Source: an uncultured Candidatus Saccharibacteria bacterium (lineage in GTDB: Bacteria > Patescibacteriota > Minisyncoccia > Spechtbacterales > 2-12-FULL-38-22). Taken from it: 64,000 bases of DNA. A model generated the notes under the pieces. That model was not told the origin of the DNA and ran no database searches. It saw only the letters and a list, made by a program, of their open reading frames with translations. Made by a program: the position numbers and the translations under genes. The DNA is taken from assembly GCA_964393575.1 (NCBI GenBank), contig CAYMUG010000002.1:341-64340 (forward strand). Direction: 5' to 3'. This document shows positions 40,376 through 49,453 of the stretch, one piece after another; the first letter of the stretch is position 1, and every line of letters starts with the position of its first letter.

Positions 40376-41525
40376 ATCTGTGTTGTATTAACCGAAAAAC
40401 ATTTTCCAGAGTTTTATTTTTTATTACACCTGTATAATTCTGGTATTCTCCTATTTGAAAATCAGAATTTTTAAATAATTTATCTAATTCCTCTATCTTT
40501 GAAAAATCGAGACGACCCAGAGAAAAATGTTTGTCGGTTTTTTGATTGATGGTTAGCAAGACAACTTCGGCAAGACATGAAAAAAGATCGTGTTCGCCGG
40601 CAAGTTCTATATTTGGCTTTACAGTAGTGTTGGGAGAATAAATTATCCCTGCCTCTGTTACAACAATGTCTTTTCTTTGGTTAATTACATCGGGATCAAC
40701 ATCAGAAGGTTGGGCATCGTCCACAACTATTGTGCCCGAACTTAAATTTTCTTTATGCAAAACAAATTTCTCCGCATTAGTAGCTGTAATGATAATATGT
40801 GCTTCTTTTATTTTATTAATATCAAAATGCGTGCTGATTTTTGTTCCCGGGTTTTGTTTTTTTAAACTATCTCTAAGTGCTTTGACTGTTTTTTCTTTAC
40901 GTTTTACGTCAAACAGCATCAACCGATTGAATTTATAATTTGCCAAGAATCTTGAAACATTATTACCCACAGAACCTGCAGCACCAACCACCGCCACATT
41001 AAGCTTTTCTTTCTTTAATTCTCCGCGTTGAATTAAAGAAAGCGTTGTTTCTGCGACCGCCTTAACAGTGGCCGGGTACCCGTTTGTCAGTGAAACAGGA
41101 GATTTCTTTTTTAACGCGGATCCTCCTTTTGTAACCGAGGGAGTAAGAGCGCCTAACCCCGCAATTCTTGCTTCCATCTTAGACCCCAAACGTAATGCCC
41201 TGTGTATCTTTCTCGTAGCAAGGCGGCGGTTTTTTAATATCTGTTCAGGCAAAAGCATAATACCAACGGTCCATCCTGTATATATTGTGTCATTATAGTA
41301 AGCTTTGATTCTATGAACTCTAATCGGCCACATTAACCTGGCTAAAAAATGCAGGAGAAAATCAGGAAATGTTTTAAGCATAGGAAAATGTTTTTCAATA
41401 TCTTTTCTGTGCCTCGGATGGATTATAAAGATAAAATCCGCGCGTTTTGATGGCGCCCGTTTTAACCCATACTCTATAAATAAATCCTCTAAGTTGGTTT
41501 TGAAAAATTTAATAATCTGTTTCAT
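40362..41525 (-). CDS. Acyl-ACP-reductase-like (COG5322-type) Rossmann protein
   Basis: FIIHPR, GLGALT, VAVVGAAGSVG, DDAQP.DV and FSCLAE (Cys equivalent to cyanobacterial AAR FACFAE). Confidence 0.7.
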   Translation of the reverse strand: MKQIIKFFKTNLEDLFIEYGLKRAPSKRADFIFIIHPRHRKDIEKHFPMLKTFPDFLLHFLARLMWPIRVHRIKAYYNDTIYTGWTVGIMLLPEQILKNRRLATRKIHRALRLGSKMEARIAGLGALTPSVTKGGSALKKKSPVSLTNGYPATVKAVAETTLSLIQRGELKKEKLNVAVVGAAGSVGNNVSRFLANYKFNRLMLFDVKRKEKTVKALRDSLKKQNPGTKISTHFDINKIKEAHIIITATNAEKFVLHKENLSSGTIVVDDAQPSDVDPDVINQRKDIVVTEAGIIYSPNTTVKPNIELAGEHDLFSCLAEVVLLTINQKTDKHFSLGRLDFSKIEELDKLFKNSDFQIGEYQNYTGVIKNKTLENVFRLIQHRYEFD

Positions 41526-42203
41526 CTATATATTTGATAATTCTTCCACGCTTTTCCATACTTGAGCGCTGATTTGCTTGTAATCTTCTTCAGAAGAGTG
41601 AGTATATTTGAAAGGTACTCCGACCTTTATTGTAATATTCCTTTTTCGGAAAATTACTTCCTTCAACCTCATATTGATTCCGCCTTGAATATAAACAGGG
41701 ATAACTAAAGGATTGCTATGTTTAATAAGATAACCAACACCTCGTCTTGCCTTTCGTTTGCGCCCACGATTAGTTTTTGTTCTGCGTCCTTGCGGAAACA
41801 TACCCACCACGCCGTTGTTATGTAAAATTTGCAGCGATTCCTGCAATGCACTCTCTATGCCTATTCTCTTATCTAATTTTAAACTTCCATATATCCATAT
41901 TATTTGACCCTTAACAGGCACTCTAAACAATTTATCGTGAGCAAGATGCCTAACAGGAAATAGGTTCGGAAAAGCAACACTCAGCATAAAAGGGTCCGCC
42001 CAGCTTACATGGTTTGATATTATAAGTACAGGTTGCCTGCCCTCTTTTAACTTTTTAGTTGTGGACTCATCTTCGTATACCGCTTTCCAGTTTAAAAAAA
42101 ATCGAAAAATTCCCCGCGAGATCCTCCAGGTGGTTTTATACATAAATTTTGCTATCCAATATCTCATCTTTCGCAAACCTATTATTTTCTTACATTTTAC
42201 CAC
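41526..42203 (-). CDS. PlsC-family lysophospholipid acyltransferase
   Basis: NHVSWAD (HX4D) and MFPQGRR; true start probably MRYWIA or later. Confidence 0.85.
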   Translation of the reverse strand: MVKCKKIIGLRKMRYWIAKFMYKTTWRISRGIFRFFLNWKAVYEDESTTKKLKEGRQPVLIISNHVSWADPFMLSVAFPNLFPVRHLAHDKLFRVPVKGQIIWIYGSLKLDKRIGIESALQESLQILHNNGVVGMFPQGRRTKTNRGRKRKARRGVGYLIKHSNPLVIPVYIQGGINMRLKEVIFRKRNITIKVGVPFKYTHSSEEDYKQISAQVWKSVEELSNI

Positions 42204-42383
42204 AAACTATCCTAAAATTTTATCTGAAAATAGGGTTTTTGTTTGAAGTAAATTGTTTATCGTATGAATAGTTCCTCTATATTCCTCCTATATTAGTACT
42301 GCCTGTCAGATATTTTCATATTGATATATATAAATACCTTCTTAGTGGCATCTTTAACAAGCTATTGAGCTATTACGAGTATA

Positions 42384-42413
42384 TTGACAAATATCTCTCG
42401 TTACCATTAAGAT
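42384..42413 (+). promoter_or_regulatory. Promoter of graspetide locus
   Basis: TTGACA-18 nt-TAAGAT upstream of the precursor ORF. Confidence 0.55.
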
Positions 42414-42450
42414 GATGGGGTGCCCTGTATGCGGACCTTAGGAGCGTGTC

Positions 42451-42606
42451 ATGAGCGAAAACACCGCACACGAGACCGGTTCTACGGAGAACACCCTTCC
42501 TATTCTTTTCAACGTTGCCGAAAGGGCGACTGATGTTTCCGTAGAATCTAAGCGTTTCGGAAGCGAAAAAGACACATTCTTAAACGGCAGCAGCGATACG
42601 GTGTAG
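42451..42606 (+). CDS. Putative graspetide (ATP-grasp RiPP) precursor peptide, 51 aa
   Basis: AGGAG SD 6 nt before ATG; MSENTAHETGSTENTLPILFNVAERATDVSVESKRFGSEKDTFLNGSSDTV then TAG TAA; directly upstream of the ATP-grasp gene. Confidence 0.75.
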   Translation: MSENTAHETGSTENTLPILFNVAERATDVSVESKRFGSEKDTFLNGSSDTV

Positions 42607-42643
42607 TAAACACTTAAGTACCTTTAAATAACGTGACATAGGA

Positions 42644-42669
42644 GGGGGTGCGGTAAATGCCGCGCCCCC
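42644..42669 (+). promoter_or_regulatory. GC-rich hairpin between precursor and ligase
   Basis: GGGGGTGCGGTA-AA-TGCCGCGCCCCC, no U-tract. Confidence 0.65.
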
Positions 42670-42709
42670 AATATATGTACGGCAACCGAATGCGGAAAGG
42701 AGGGTACAG

Positions 42710-43693
42710 ATTATACTTATTATTTCTCACCACGAAGACACACATACTCTTCATGTATGCGAATTATTAGATAGTATTTACGGCGTCGAATACTGCGTAC
42801 TGGATTACAAGGAATATCCCGCTAACTTAAATATATCTTATGTTTTTGGGGCAAATAACAAAAACCTTCTCATTGAAATAGACCAAAATCGCACAATTGA
42901 ATTAAAGGATATTCGTTCTGTGTGGTTTAGAAGGCCTACATCCCCCCTCGCCTCTAACAAGGTTGAAGATAGAAATATACGTCAATATATAGAACAAGAA
43001 TCGAATGTTATGCTGTCTAATTTGATTCACGCAATACCCGGACAAAGATGGATTAGCAACCCAATCAATATGGAGCAGGCAGCGTATAAACCATATAACA
43101 TCAGAGTGGCTCAAGAGATTGGTTTTGAAATTCCTGAAACAATTATTTCCAATTCTCCGGAAGGTGTAGAGAAATTTATGCACAACCTGAACTTAGAATA
43201 TGTTGCACTAAAACCCGTGGAAACACCCTGGATTAAGTCAACTGACAATTCCTTTTTATTTTTTACAAAAAAAATACATAAAAACCGGATTTCGGAATGG
43301 CGAAAACAAATACAAGTTTGTCCGGTTATACTACAGGAATATATAGAAAAAAGCGTGGAGTTGCGCATTACTGTAATAGACAACCAGGTTTTTCCATGCG
43401 CGATACACTCTCAACGATCAGAACTCACCAAAGAAGACTGGCGAAAATATGACATTGACAACACGCCGCACGAAACATTCCAACTTCCGGAAGATATAAA
43501 ACAAAAATGCGTCGCCTTGCTAAAAAATCTCGGGATTAGGTTTGGATGTATTGATATGATTTTAACCCCTGAGAATCGATATGTGTTTTTGGAGATAAAT
43601 CCCGCCGGACAATGGCTTTGGATTGAAGAATTAACCGGTCTTTCCATTTCTAAAACTCTTACACACGCATTGGTTTATCCAACTGAAGCGTAA
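42710..43693 (+). CDS. MvdC/MvdD-like ATP-grasp peptide maturase (about 327 aa, ATT start)
   Basis: Frame is open upstream of the track's 42920 start and reads IILIISHHEDTH...SVWFRRP; also NP, K..GF.IP.T, LQEYIEK..ELRITV, DWR, FGCIDM, FLEINPAGQW. Confidence 0.85.
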   Translation: MILIISHHEDTHTLHVCELLDSIYGVEYCVLDYKEYPANLNISYVFGANNKNLLIEIDQNRTIELKDIRSVWFRRPTSPLASNKVEDRNIRQYIEQESNVMLSNLIHAIPGQRWISNPINMEQAAYKPYNIRVAQEIGFEIPETIISNSPEGVEKFMHNLNLEYVALKPVETPWIKSTDNSFLFFTKKIHKNRISEWRKQIQVCPVILQEYIEKSVELRITVIDNQVFPCAIHSQRSELTKEDWRKYDIDNTPHETFQLPEDIKQKCVALLKNLGIRFGCIDMILTPENRYVFLEINPAGQWLWIEELTGLSISKTLTHALVYPTEA

Positions 43694-43700
43694 AGTGCCT

Positions 43701-43725
43701 AACCTGTCTCATCGACAGGTTTTTT
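43701..43725 (+). terminator. Intrinsic terminator
   Basis: AACCTGTC-TCATC-GACAGGTTTTTT. Confidence 0.75.
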
Positions 43726-43726
43726 A

Positions 43727-44230
43727 TTATTGTTTATTTTTTATCTCTTTAATGTATTCATCTAATGAATTGAAGCCCATTTTTTTACGGCGAACATCAA
43801 CATTCTCTTTGTCTTCAATGGGAAGAGGTTTTACCTCTCCGTCCTCTGTTTTTGTAAATTGCGTGCCATAGAGTTGCCTATCCCCGGAATTGACACGTAC
43901 TCTATCTTCCAAATATGCAATTAGTTTTTGCTCTACCTCATCTTTGGGTTCTTTTTTCATTAAATTTAGAGCTTTCTTTTGAAACCTTACATCATCAGCG
44001 TGCTGAGTTAATAGCCAGGCATTTGTAGACGCTTCTTTGCCCACTTTAGATATTGTAGGCCACTCAATTTGGTTAATAATTTCCTTTACTTTTTTGGTGT
44101 GTTCTCGCGCAATATTTTGTATTTTTTTCATACATTCTTCAGTCATGCCTTTTTCTCTGCATTCCGCACGCATATTTTGATCTTTTTCAGCCATATTGTT
44201 TAATTGTTTAGCGATTTTTTGATACTCCAT
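43727..44230 (-). CDS. DUF6624-like protein
   Basis: DQNMR, WPTISKVG, WLLTQHAD, AYLEDR, QLYGTQF, VDVRRKKMG. Confidence 0.8.
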   Translation of the reverse strand: MEYQKIAKQLNNMAEKDQNMRAECREKGMTEECMKKIQNIAREHTKKVKEIINQIEWPTISKVGKEASTNAWLLTQHADDVRFQKKALNLMKKEPKDEVEQKLIAYLEDRVRVNSGDRQLYGTQFTKTEDGEVKPLPIEDKENVDVRRKKMGFNSLDEYIKEIKNKQ

Positions 44231-44348
44231 ACGAATAACAGAACTTTGCAACAAAAATTTTAATTACGAATTCATTTTATGTATATCTGACGATATTTTC
44301 AATGTTTAATACGGAAAATCGCCCGCATTTGCGGGCGATTTATAATTA

Positions 44349-46604
44349 TTATTTAGTTGAAGTTAAAGGAGCGGTTAAAATGGAAGCACAAAATGAAAAC
44401 GCAATAATTGCCATACCAAGAATACCATAAGTTGCAAAAAGCGGCATAGGTGCCGTGGCAAGAACAGCGAATCCTATAATGCTTGAAATTGCCGCAGCAA
44501 GTGAAGCAAGCCCTGTTCCTTTACCGACAACCTCAAAAAGTGCATTATTCCTGTATCCCTTTTCACGGGATCGTTTAAAACTATAAGTAATATGCAGCGA
44601 GTAATCCACGCCAATGCCAAGTCCAACAGCAGCGATGGTCGCGGTGATGAAATTCAAATCAAAACCGAACCAGCCCATAAACCCGTATGTCCAAACAACA
44701 ACAAGAACCATCGGAATAAGTGTTTTAACGCTGAATCTGAACGATCCTGATACAGTCCAAAGCAGGAAAAGGATAATTCCTACCGCGAGAGCACCTGTTT
44801 TGATAGGTTCATTGGTTACCGCATTCAAACTCGCCTCACGGGTAAACGGCGGACCTGTAATTCCGTAATCAATAGTAACGCGACGAAGCGGCCTCAGATC
44901 CCGCTCAAGTTGTTTCCGGGCAGCGGTTACATTCTTGAGTTCTTTTGTGTCCAAAATTTCAATGCCAATACGCATTGCTTCGTTTCCATCCTCTACTTCC
45001 GTAATATCAGGTTTTCCGTACGGCATCACCAGGTTTTCATTGCTATCACGACCTAAAAACGGATTTTCTTTAAGATTATCAAGAGTAGCACCAATAGCAT
45101 TTTGTGATTCCTTGCGGCGGAGATCTTTGCCGTAGGCGTAGATAAAGGCCTCTTCGCCGCGTCTATCTCCCAGATGATCATCCACCAAATCCAAACTTTG
45201 TACAAAATTGGAATCCTGCATTAAGAAGTCGCTGGGACCAATGCTGCGTTCAACACGCGAAATACCGAAAACACTTACAACCGTTAATCCCGCTAAGGCG
45301 AGGATAACGATAAAACGAAAACGATAAATAGTTTTAAAAACAGGAGCAATCGAAAGAGCTGTCAGTTGCTTACGGGGTCGCTCTTTTTGCTTATCGCGAA
45401 TAACAAGAATAATCGGCATAACTATACCCATAATAAAAAATGCCGCAAATGCGGAAAAGATACCCGTAAAAGCGAAGGAGCGAATTGCCTCAACATTTGA
45501 AATACCGTTAGCACCGAAGGCAACAGCATCGGTTACAGCAGCAAGTAAAAGTATTGCGCCTATATCAATAAAAGCACGGCGGAGCGCTGCTCTATCTCGC
45601 AACAACAAAGAGCGTTCCTGTTCATACCGACGAATCACATACAGGTAAGAATCAATACCGAGCGCCATAAAAGCCATTGGTAAAATAACCTTTGTTGTGA
45701 TTGATGGTTTTATGAGGCCTGCGGTAATTCCGGGAAAACCCATAATCCAAACAAGCAATGCAGATAGTCCGACAAATGCTATAAATCCGATTCGCAGAGA
45801 ACGCATTAAGAGGCCGGTCAGCACGGCAAGAGCCGCCAATAAACCTACATTTCTGAGAAGGATCGGGGTTGAAAAGCCCTCTTCTTCAGCTTCAAGGTTT
45901 AGGTCTATACCTACGCCCAAGAGATTATACTCTTCTCCGTATAGATGTTTTTCAATCTCGCGGTTAAACTTTTCTTTTTGCAAAATATCTTCGGTGCCTC
46001 CGAGGGTTCTCCGGAAATAACCGCCGCCAAGCTTATTACTATCCGCCCGGATAAAAAATTCATATAACGGCGAAACCCACTTCTCATCAGTTTTATATGC
46101 CTGTGAAGAAAGCCGGAGATGAAAAAAGTCCGCATGAGCGTTATCGGCATTCAGAATACTTCCAATAACTTGTTCCACCTTCGCGGGAGATGCGGACTCA
46201 AGAGATGTGCCTTGGCGGTGCAATTTCGCATCAACCGCATCCGCTATAGTGTAAAAACCCAGGGTACCGGTTTTTCCGATTTGAGGGTCACGGAACGGAA
46301 CTAAAAACTCTTGCCCCAGCTCAGAATTACGCAAAGCATCCAGTTTATCTTTAAGTTCCGCTAAGGTTTTTTTCGTAAGAACATTTCCCTCTTTTTCGTT
46401 AAAAAGCTCATACGGAACCGCGTAAATCTCGGGAGGAAATTGCTTATCAACTTTTTCCTGCAAGTCAAAAACACGTCCCGGAGGATCCGTTGATGCTTCT
46501 TCTTGGTTACCGCTAATGCCTAATAATGCACCATAACCAAACAGTACAGTTAGTCCGAAAAATATTGCTATAATAAACTTACGGAGTCTCCATATTTTTC
46601 GCAT
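44349..46604 (-). CDS. MMPL/RND family transporter
   Basis: Two TM clusters with LGIDS and GIGVDYSLH motifs. Confidence 0.85.
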   Translation of the reverse strand: MRKIWRLRKFIIAIFFGLTVLFGYGALLGISGNQEEASTDPPGRVFDLQEKVDKQFPPEIYAVPYELFNEKEGNVLTKKTLAELKDKLDALRNSELGQEFLVPFRDPQIGKTGTLGFYTIADAVDAKLHRQGTSLESASPAKVEQVIGSILNADNAHADFFHLRLSSQAYKTDEKWVSPLYEFFIRADSNKLGGGYFRRTLGGTEDILQKEKFNREIEKHLYGEEYNLLGVGIDLNLEAEEEGFSTPILLRNVGLLAALAVLTGLLMRSLRIGFIAFVGLSALLVWIMGFPGITAGLIKPSITTKVILPMAFMALGIDSYLYVIRRYEQERSLLLRDRAALRRAFIDIGAILLLAAVTDAVAFGANGISNVEAIRSFAFTGIFSAFAAFFIMGIVMPIILVIRDKQKERPRKQLTALSIAPVFKTIYRFRFIVILALAGLTVVSVFGISRVERSIGPSDFLMQDSNFVQSLDLVDDHLGDRRGEEAFIYAYGKDLRRKESQNAIGATLDNLKENPFLGRDSNENLVMPYGKPDITEVEDGNEAMRIGIEILDTKELKNVTAARKQLERDLRPLRRVTIDYGITGPPFTREASLNAVTNEPIKTGALAVGIILFLLWTVSGSFRFSVKTLIPMVLVVVWTYGFMGWFGFDLNFITATIAAVGLGIGVDYSLHITYSFKRSREKGYRNNALFEVVGKGTGLASLAAAISSIIGFAVLATAPMPLFATYGILGMAIIAFSFCASILTAPLTSTK

Positions 46605-46854
46605 GTATCCCCCGTTTCTTGTTTGTAAAAGAGCGTCCATATCATACCAAAATTAAACAAAAAATCAACAAAACAGCACTGCTTATCTAAGGGGTTGCAT
46701 ATAATACACTCATCTCATTAAAAAACAAATTGAATAACATTATTTACAACCTCCCTTGTCGCTTATTATATACACCTACATTGACATTGTATATATATAG
46801 GGTATAATAAAAAAAGTAACATACACCACCACAGCAAACTAAGGAGGTAAGACA

Positions 46855-47292
46855 GTGAATGATCCACCGAAAGCAGATCCCAAATCCTCTTATGATCATG
46901 GTTTTTTGAAAATTGCAGCTGTAATCCTTAACAACCATCCTCTTCCGTGGACAATTGAACGTGATTGGACTTGTGAAGTACATGCATCTGATGGTGCGAT
47001 AGTAGCAAAATGCGACAGAAATAAAGAAGAAAAAGCGGAGAATATCATCAGTTGTGCTAAAAGATTATCCAATAACCAGACTATACCTATAAGTCTGATA
47101 CACAGTTTGGACGATTTAGTTTTTGAGGTTTTCATACATCATAAACCACCATGGGAATATGATTCTGAAACGGGAAATTTGTTCGCGTCAGACGGGGTTC
47201 TAATAGCAGCTAATCTATCCGATGGTTGCGCAAGAGCTCTTTGTTACTGGGCTCAAGAGATGCAATATAAGTTAAGCAATTTTAATACATAA
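46855..47292 (+). CDS. Hypothetical protein with internal duplication
   Basis: Own promoter (46781-46808), SD AAGGAGG, terminator at 47321-47353; H..PW...ASDG..(V/I)A occurs twice. Confidence 0.7.
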   Translation: MNDPPKADPKSSYDHGFLKIAAVILNNHPLPWTIERDWTCEVHASDGAIVAKCDRNKEEKAENIISCAKRLSNNQTIPISLIHSLDDLVFEVFIHHKPPWEYDSETGNLFASDGVLIAANLSDGCARALCYWAQEMQYKLSNFNT

Positions 47293-47385
47293 GAGACGAC
47301 ATCCTAAAGTTGGTGGTTAACACCCTCACAACATTCGTTGTGAGGGTTGTTTTTGTCTATAATTTCAATAAGCAACTAAAAACTA

Positions 47386-47414
47386 TTGACAAATTATTTT
47401 TAATATATTATAAT
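47386..47414 (+). promoter_or_regulatory. Sigma70-type promoter
   Basis: TTGACA-17 nt-TATAAT. Confidence 0.75.
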
Positions 47415-47456
47415 TAGGTAACTCAGTTGGTACGTTGACAAAAGAAAGGAGCAGGG

Positions 47457-48416
47457 TTGCCTAAAGTTCCCGCTCCCGTTGTTGTGGCGATCGTTATTTC
47501 AATTCTCGCGCTATGCGGTGCGGGATTTGTTGTTTTTAAGAAGAACGCTGAAGCCGAACAAGCTCGACTTCAGAATCAGCTTGAGCATTCGCAATCTCGA
47601 GCTGATACTTTGAAAAGCACTGTTGACGATATCTCCCCAAAGGTGAAGTCACTAAAAACCCGCGCCGAAGAGGCCGAAGAGTTAGAAAAAGAGAACTCCC
47701 GACTAAGGAAGGAGCTTAACAAAGAGAGAACAACCACGGAAACAACACAAACCAGAACGGAAGAAGAAGAGGAGAAGGAAGAGGAAGAGGTTTCTGAAAC
47801 ACCTTCCTCTTCATCGCCCAACCCCTCGCCTACACCGGAACCCAATCGGGTTCGCGGTCATGGCGAAAAGATGGTTTTGACGTTTGATGATGGAGGTGCG
47901 CCAAATAAAGTCACGGCCATTCTGAACATTCTGAACAATAAAAATGTTCAAGCTGTGATGTTCCTGAACGGAAGATGGGCACACGCCCATCCCGACTTAG
48001 TTCGCCGTATGCGAGCCGAGGGACATATCGTAGCAAACCATACTTGGTCTCACGCGAAGCTCACCGAACTTCCCGATGAGGAAGTTCGGAGGGAAATCCG
48101 GCGTGGCGCGCAGGAAGGTTCGGATCTGTTCCGCCCTCCGTACGGAGCCATTGATGCCCGTGTTCGCGGCATTGTGCAAAGCATGGGTCTTCGGACTATG
48201 CTCTGGGACATTGACACCCGCGACTGGGACAACACCTCGGCAGACGAGATTACCCGGATCACACTGAATAACGCCCGGCCGGGAGCTGTAGTGCTTCTGC
48301 ATCTCCACGGAGAACATACCGCAGAAGCGTTGCCGCGCATGATCGACGGTCTGCGCAATCAGGGCTATACATTTGGCCTTCCCGCCCCCGAGAAGGAGGA
48401 AAGTAATGCTACGTAA
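47457..48416 (+). CDS. Membrane-anchored polysaccharide/peptidoglycan deacetylase (CE4)
   Basis: TM helix and coiled coil; LTFDDG, NHTWSH, FRPPYG, DTRDW, LLH. Confidence 0.92.
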   Translation: MPKVPAPVVVAIVISILALCGAGFVVFKKNAEAEQARLQNQLEHSQSRADTLKSTVDDISPKVKSLKTRAEEAEELEKENSRLRKELNKERTTTETTQTRTEEEEEKEEEEVSETPSSSSPNPSPTPEPNRVRGHGEKMVLTFDDGGAPNKVTAILNILNNKNVQAVMFLNGRWAHAHPDLVRRMRAEGHIVANHTWSHAKLTELPDEEVRREIRRGAQEGSDLFRPPYGAIDARVRGIVQSMGLRTMLWDIDTRDWDNTSADEITRITLNNARPGAVVLLHLHGEHTAEALPRMIDGLRNQGYTFGLPAPEKEESNAT

Positions 48417-48696
48417 AAAGTTGGTAGCTGCCATACTGATGGCCGTACTCGCAACAGCGAGTGCTGCCTCAGCAGCCCATGAGGTAATTGAGGCAAGCGA
48501 CCTCCGGGAAGAGAATACTCAACTTCAGGATGAAGTTGAATCACTTTCCGAGGAGCGTGAAACCCTTGAACGCTTCGCTCGGCTCCAAGAAAAACACGAA
48601 GAGCTGAGCGGGAAAGCGAAGAAAACCGACCAGAAAGTGCGAGATCTGAAAGAGAAAAAAACAGGGCTTACGCGAGCATTGGAGGAGCACCGATGA
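48406..48696 (+). CDS. Secreted coiled-coil protein
   Basis: SD AAGGAGG; signal peptide MLRKKLVAAILMAVLATASAASA; overlaps both neighbours. Confidence 0.7.
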   Translation: MLRKKLVAAILMAVLATASAASAAHEVIEASDLREENTQLQDEVESLSEERETLERFARLQEKHEELSGKAKKTDQKVRDLKEKKTGLTRALEEHR

Positions 48697-49442
48697 GAAA
48701 CGAATTTTTCGCTAGAGTCAATTTCTTCGTTGGCTTTACTGCAATCACGGCGATCATTGTCGCCGTTAGTGCCGCTTTGCTCCTCGTCACGAACGTCGAG
48801 GAGCCCCAACAGGCCAATGCTCAGCTAAAAGAGCAGAAGGCCGAGCTCTCTAGCAGCGTCAGCGAGATGCGCGAAAAGCATAAGGTGAGCGGGAAGCCTT
48901 CCCTCTCTCCTCAGGTTTCTGAACTCGAGGAGGGGGTTCAGAGACTTCGCTCGGAGGTCGGTACTCTTTCGGGGAAAAAGAAAAACCTCGAAAAAGAGGT
49001 TGCCGGACTTCGTGAGAATGTGCGCGAAGCCCGGGAAGCCCGGGAAGCCAGAGAAGCCGAAGAGAGGCAATCCCAATCCCGCCAGAGTCAGAGCGCTCAT
49101 AGCGGTCGCACTCCGGCAAGTGCGCGGGCACTCGGCCGCCAGATGGCCGCCCAACGAGGTTGGGCAGGCCGTCAGTGGCCATGCCTGAATGAGCTCTGGA
49201 GACGGGAAAGTGGATGGCGCTATAACATCCAAAACCATACCCACCGGCGCCAAGGTCGAGCTATAGAAAACTCGGCCTACGGAATCCCGCAGGCGTTACC
49301 TGGCAGGAAAATGGCCAGCCACGGCGGCGACTGGCGCACCAACCCACGTACACAGATAGCGTGGGGGTTGGACTACATCGCCGACCGTTATGGAACGCCG
49401 TGCAACGCACTGGCATTCCATAACCGAAAAAACTGGTACTGA
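48693..49442 (+). CDS. Actinobacterial-type lytic transglycosylase with TM and coiled coil
   Basis: CLNELWRRESGW, AYGIPQALPG.KM, DWRTNP.TQI.WGL.YI..RYGTPC..WY. Confidence 0.85.
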   Translation: MRNEFFARVNFFVGFTAITAIIVAVSAALLLVTNVEEPQQANAQLKEQKAELSSSVSEMREKHKVSGKPSLSPQVSELEEGVQRLRSEVGTLSGKKKNLEKEVAGLRENVREAREAREAREAEERQSQSRQSQSAHSGRTPASARALGRQMAAQRGWAGRQWPCLNELWRRESGWRYNIQNHTHRRQGRAIENSAYGIPQALPGRKMASHGGDWRTNPRTQIAWGLDYIADRYGTPCNALAFHNRKNWY

Positions 49443-49453
49443 CGCTCCAGAAG

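Noticed and set aside
42690-42770. Short ORF MRKGGYRLYLLFLTTKTHILFMYANY as a second precursor
   Set aside because: It overlaps the ligase N-terminus out of frame, lacks an SD and has no D/E acceptor residues.
42920-43693. RimK ribosomal-protein modification enzyme, as delimited by the ORF track
   Set aside because: VWFRRP, DWR and EINPAGQW motifs plus the upstream peptide fit graspetide ligases better, and the track start truncates the protein.
46693-46722. Second dif-like sequence (GTTGCATATAATACAC...)
   Set aside because: Only one arm is vaguely similar and there is no dyad symmetry.
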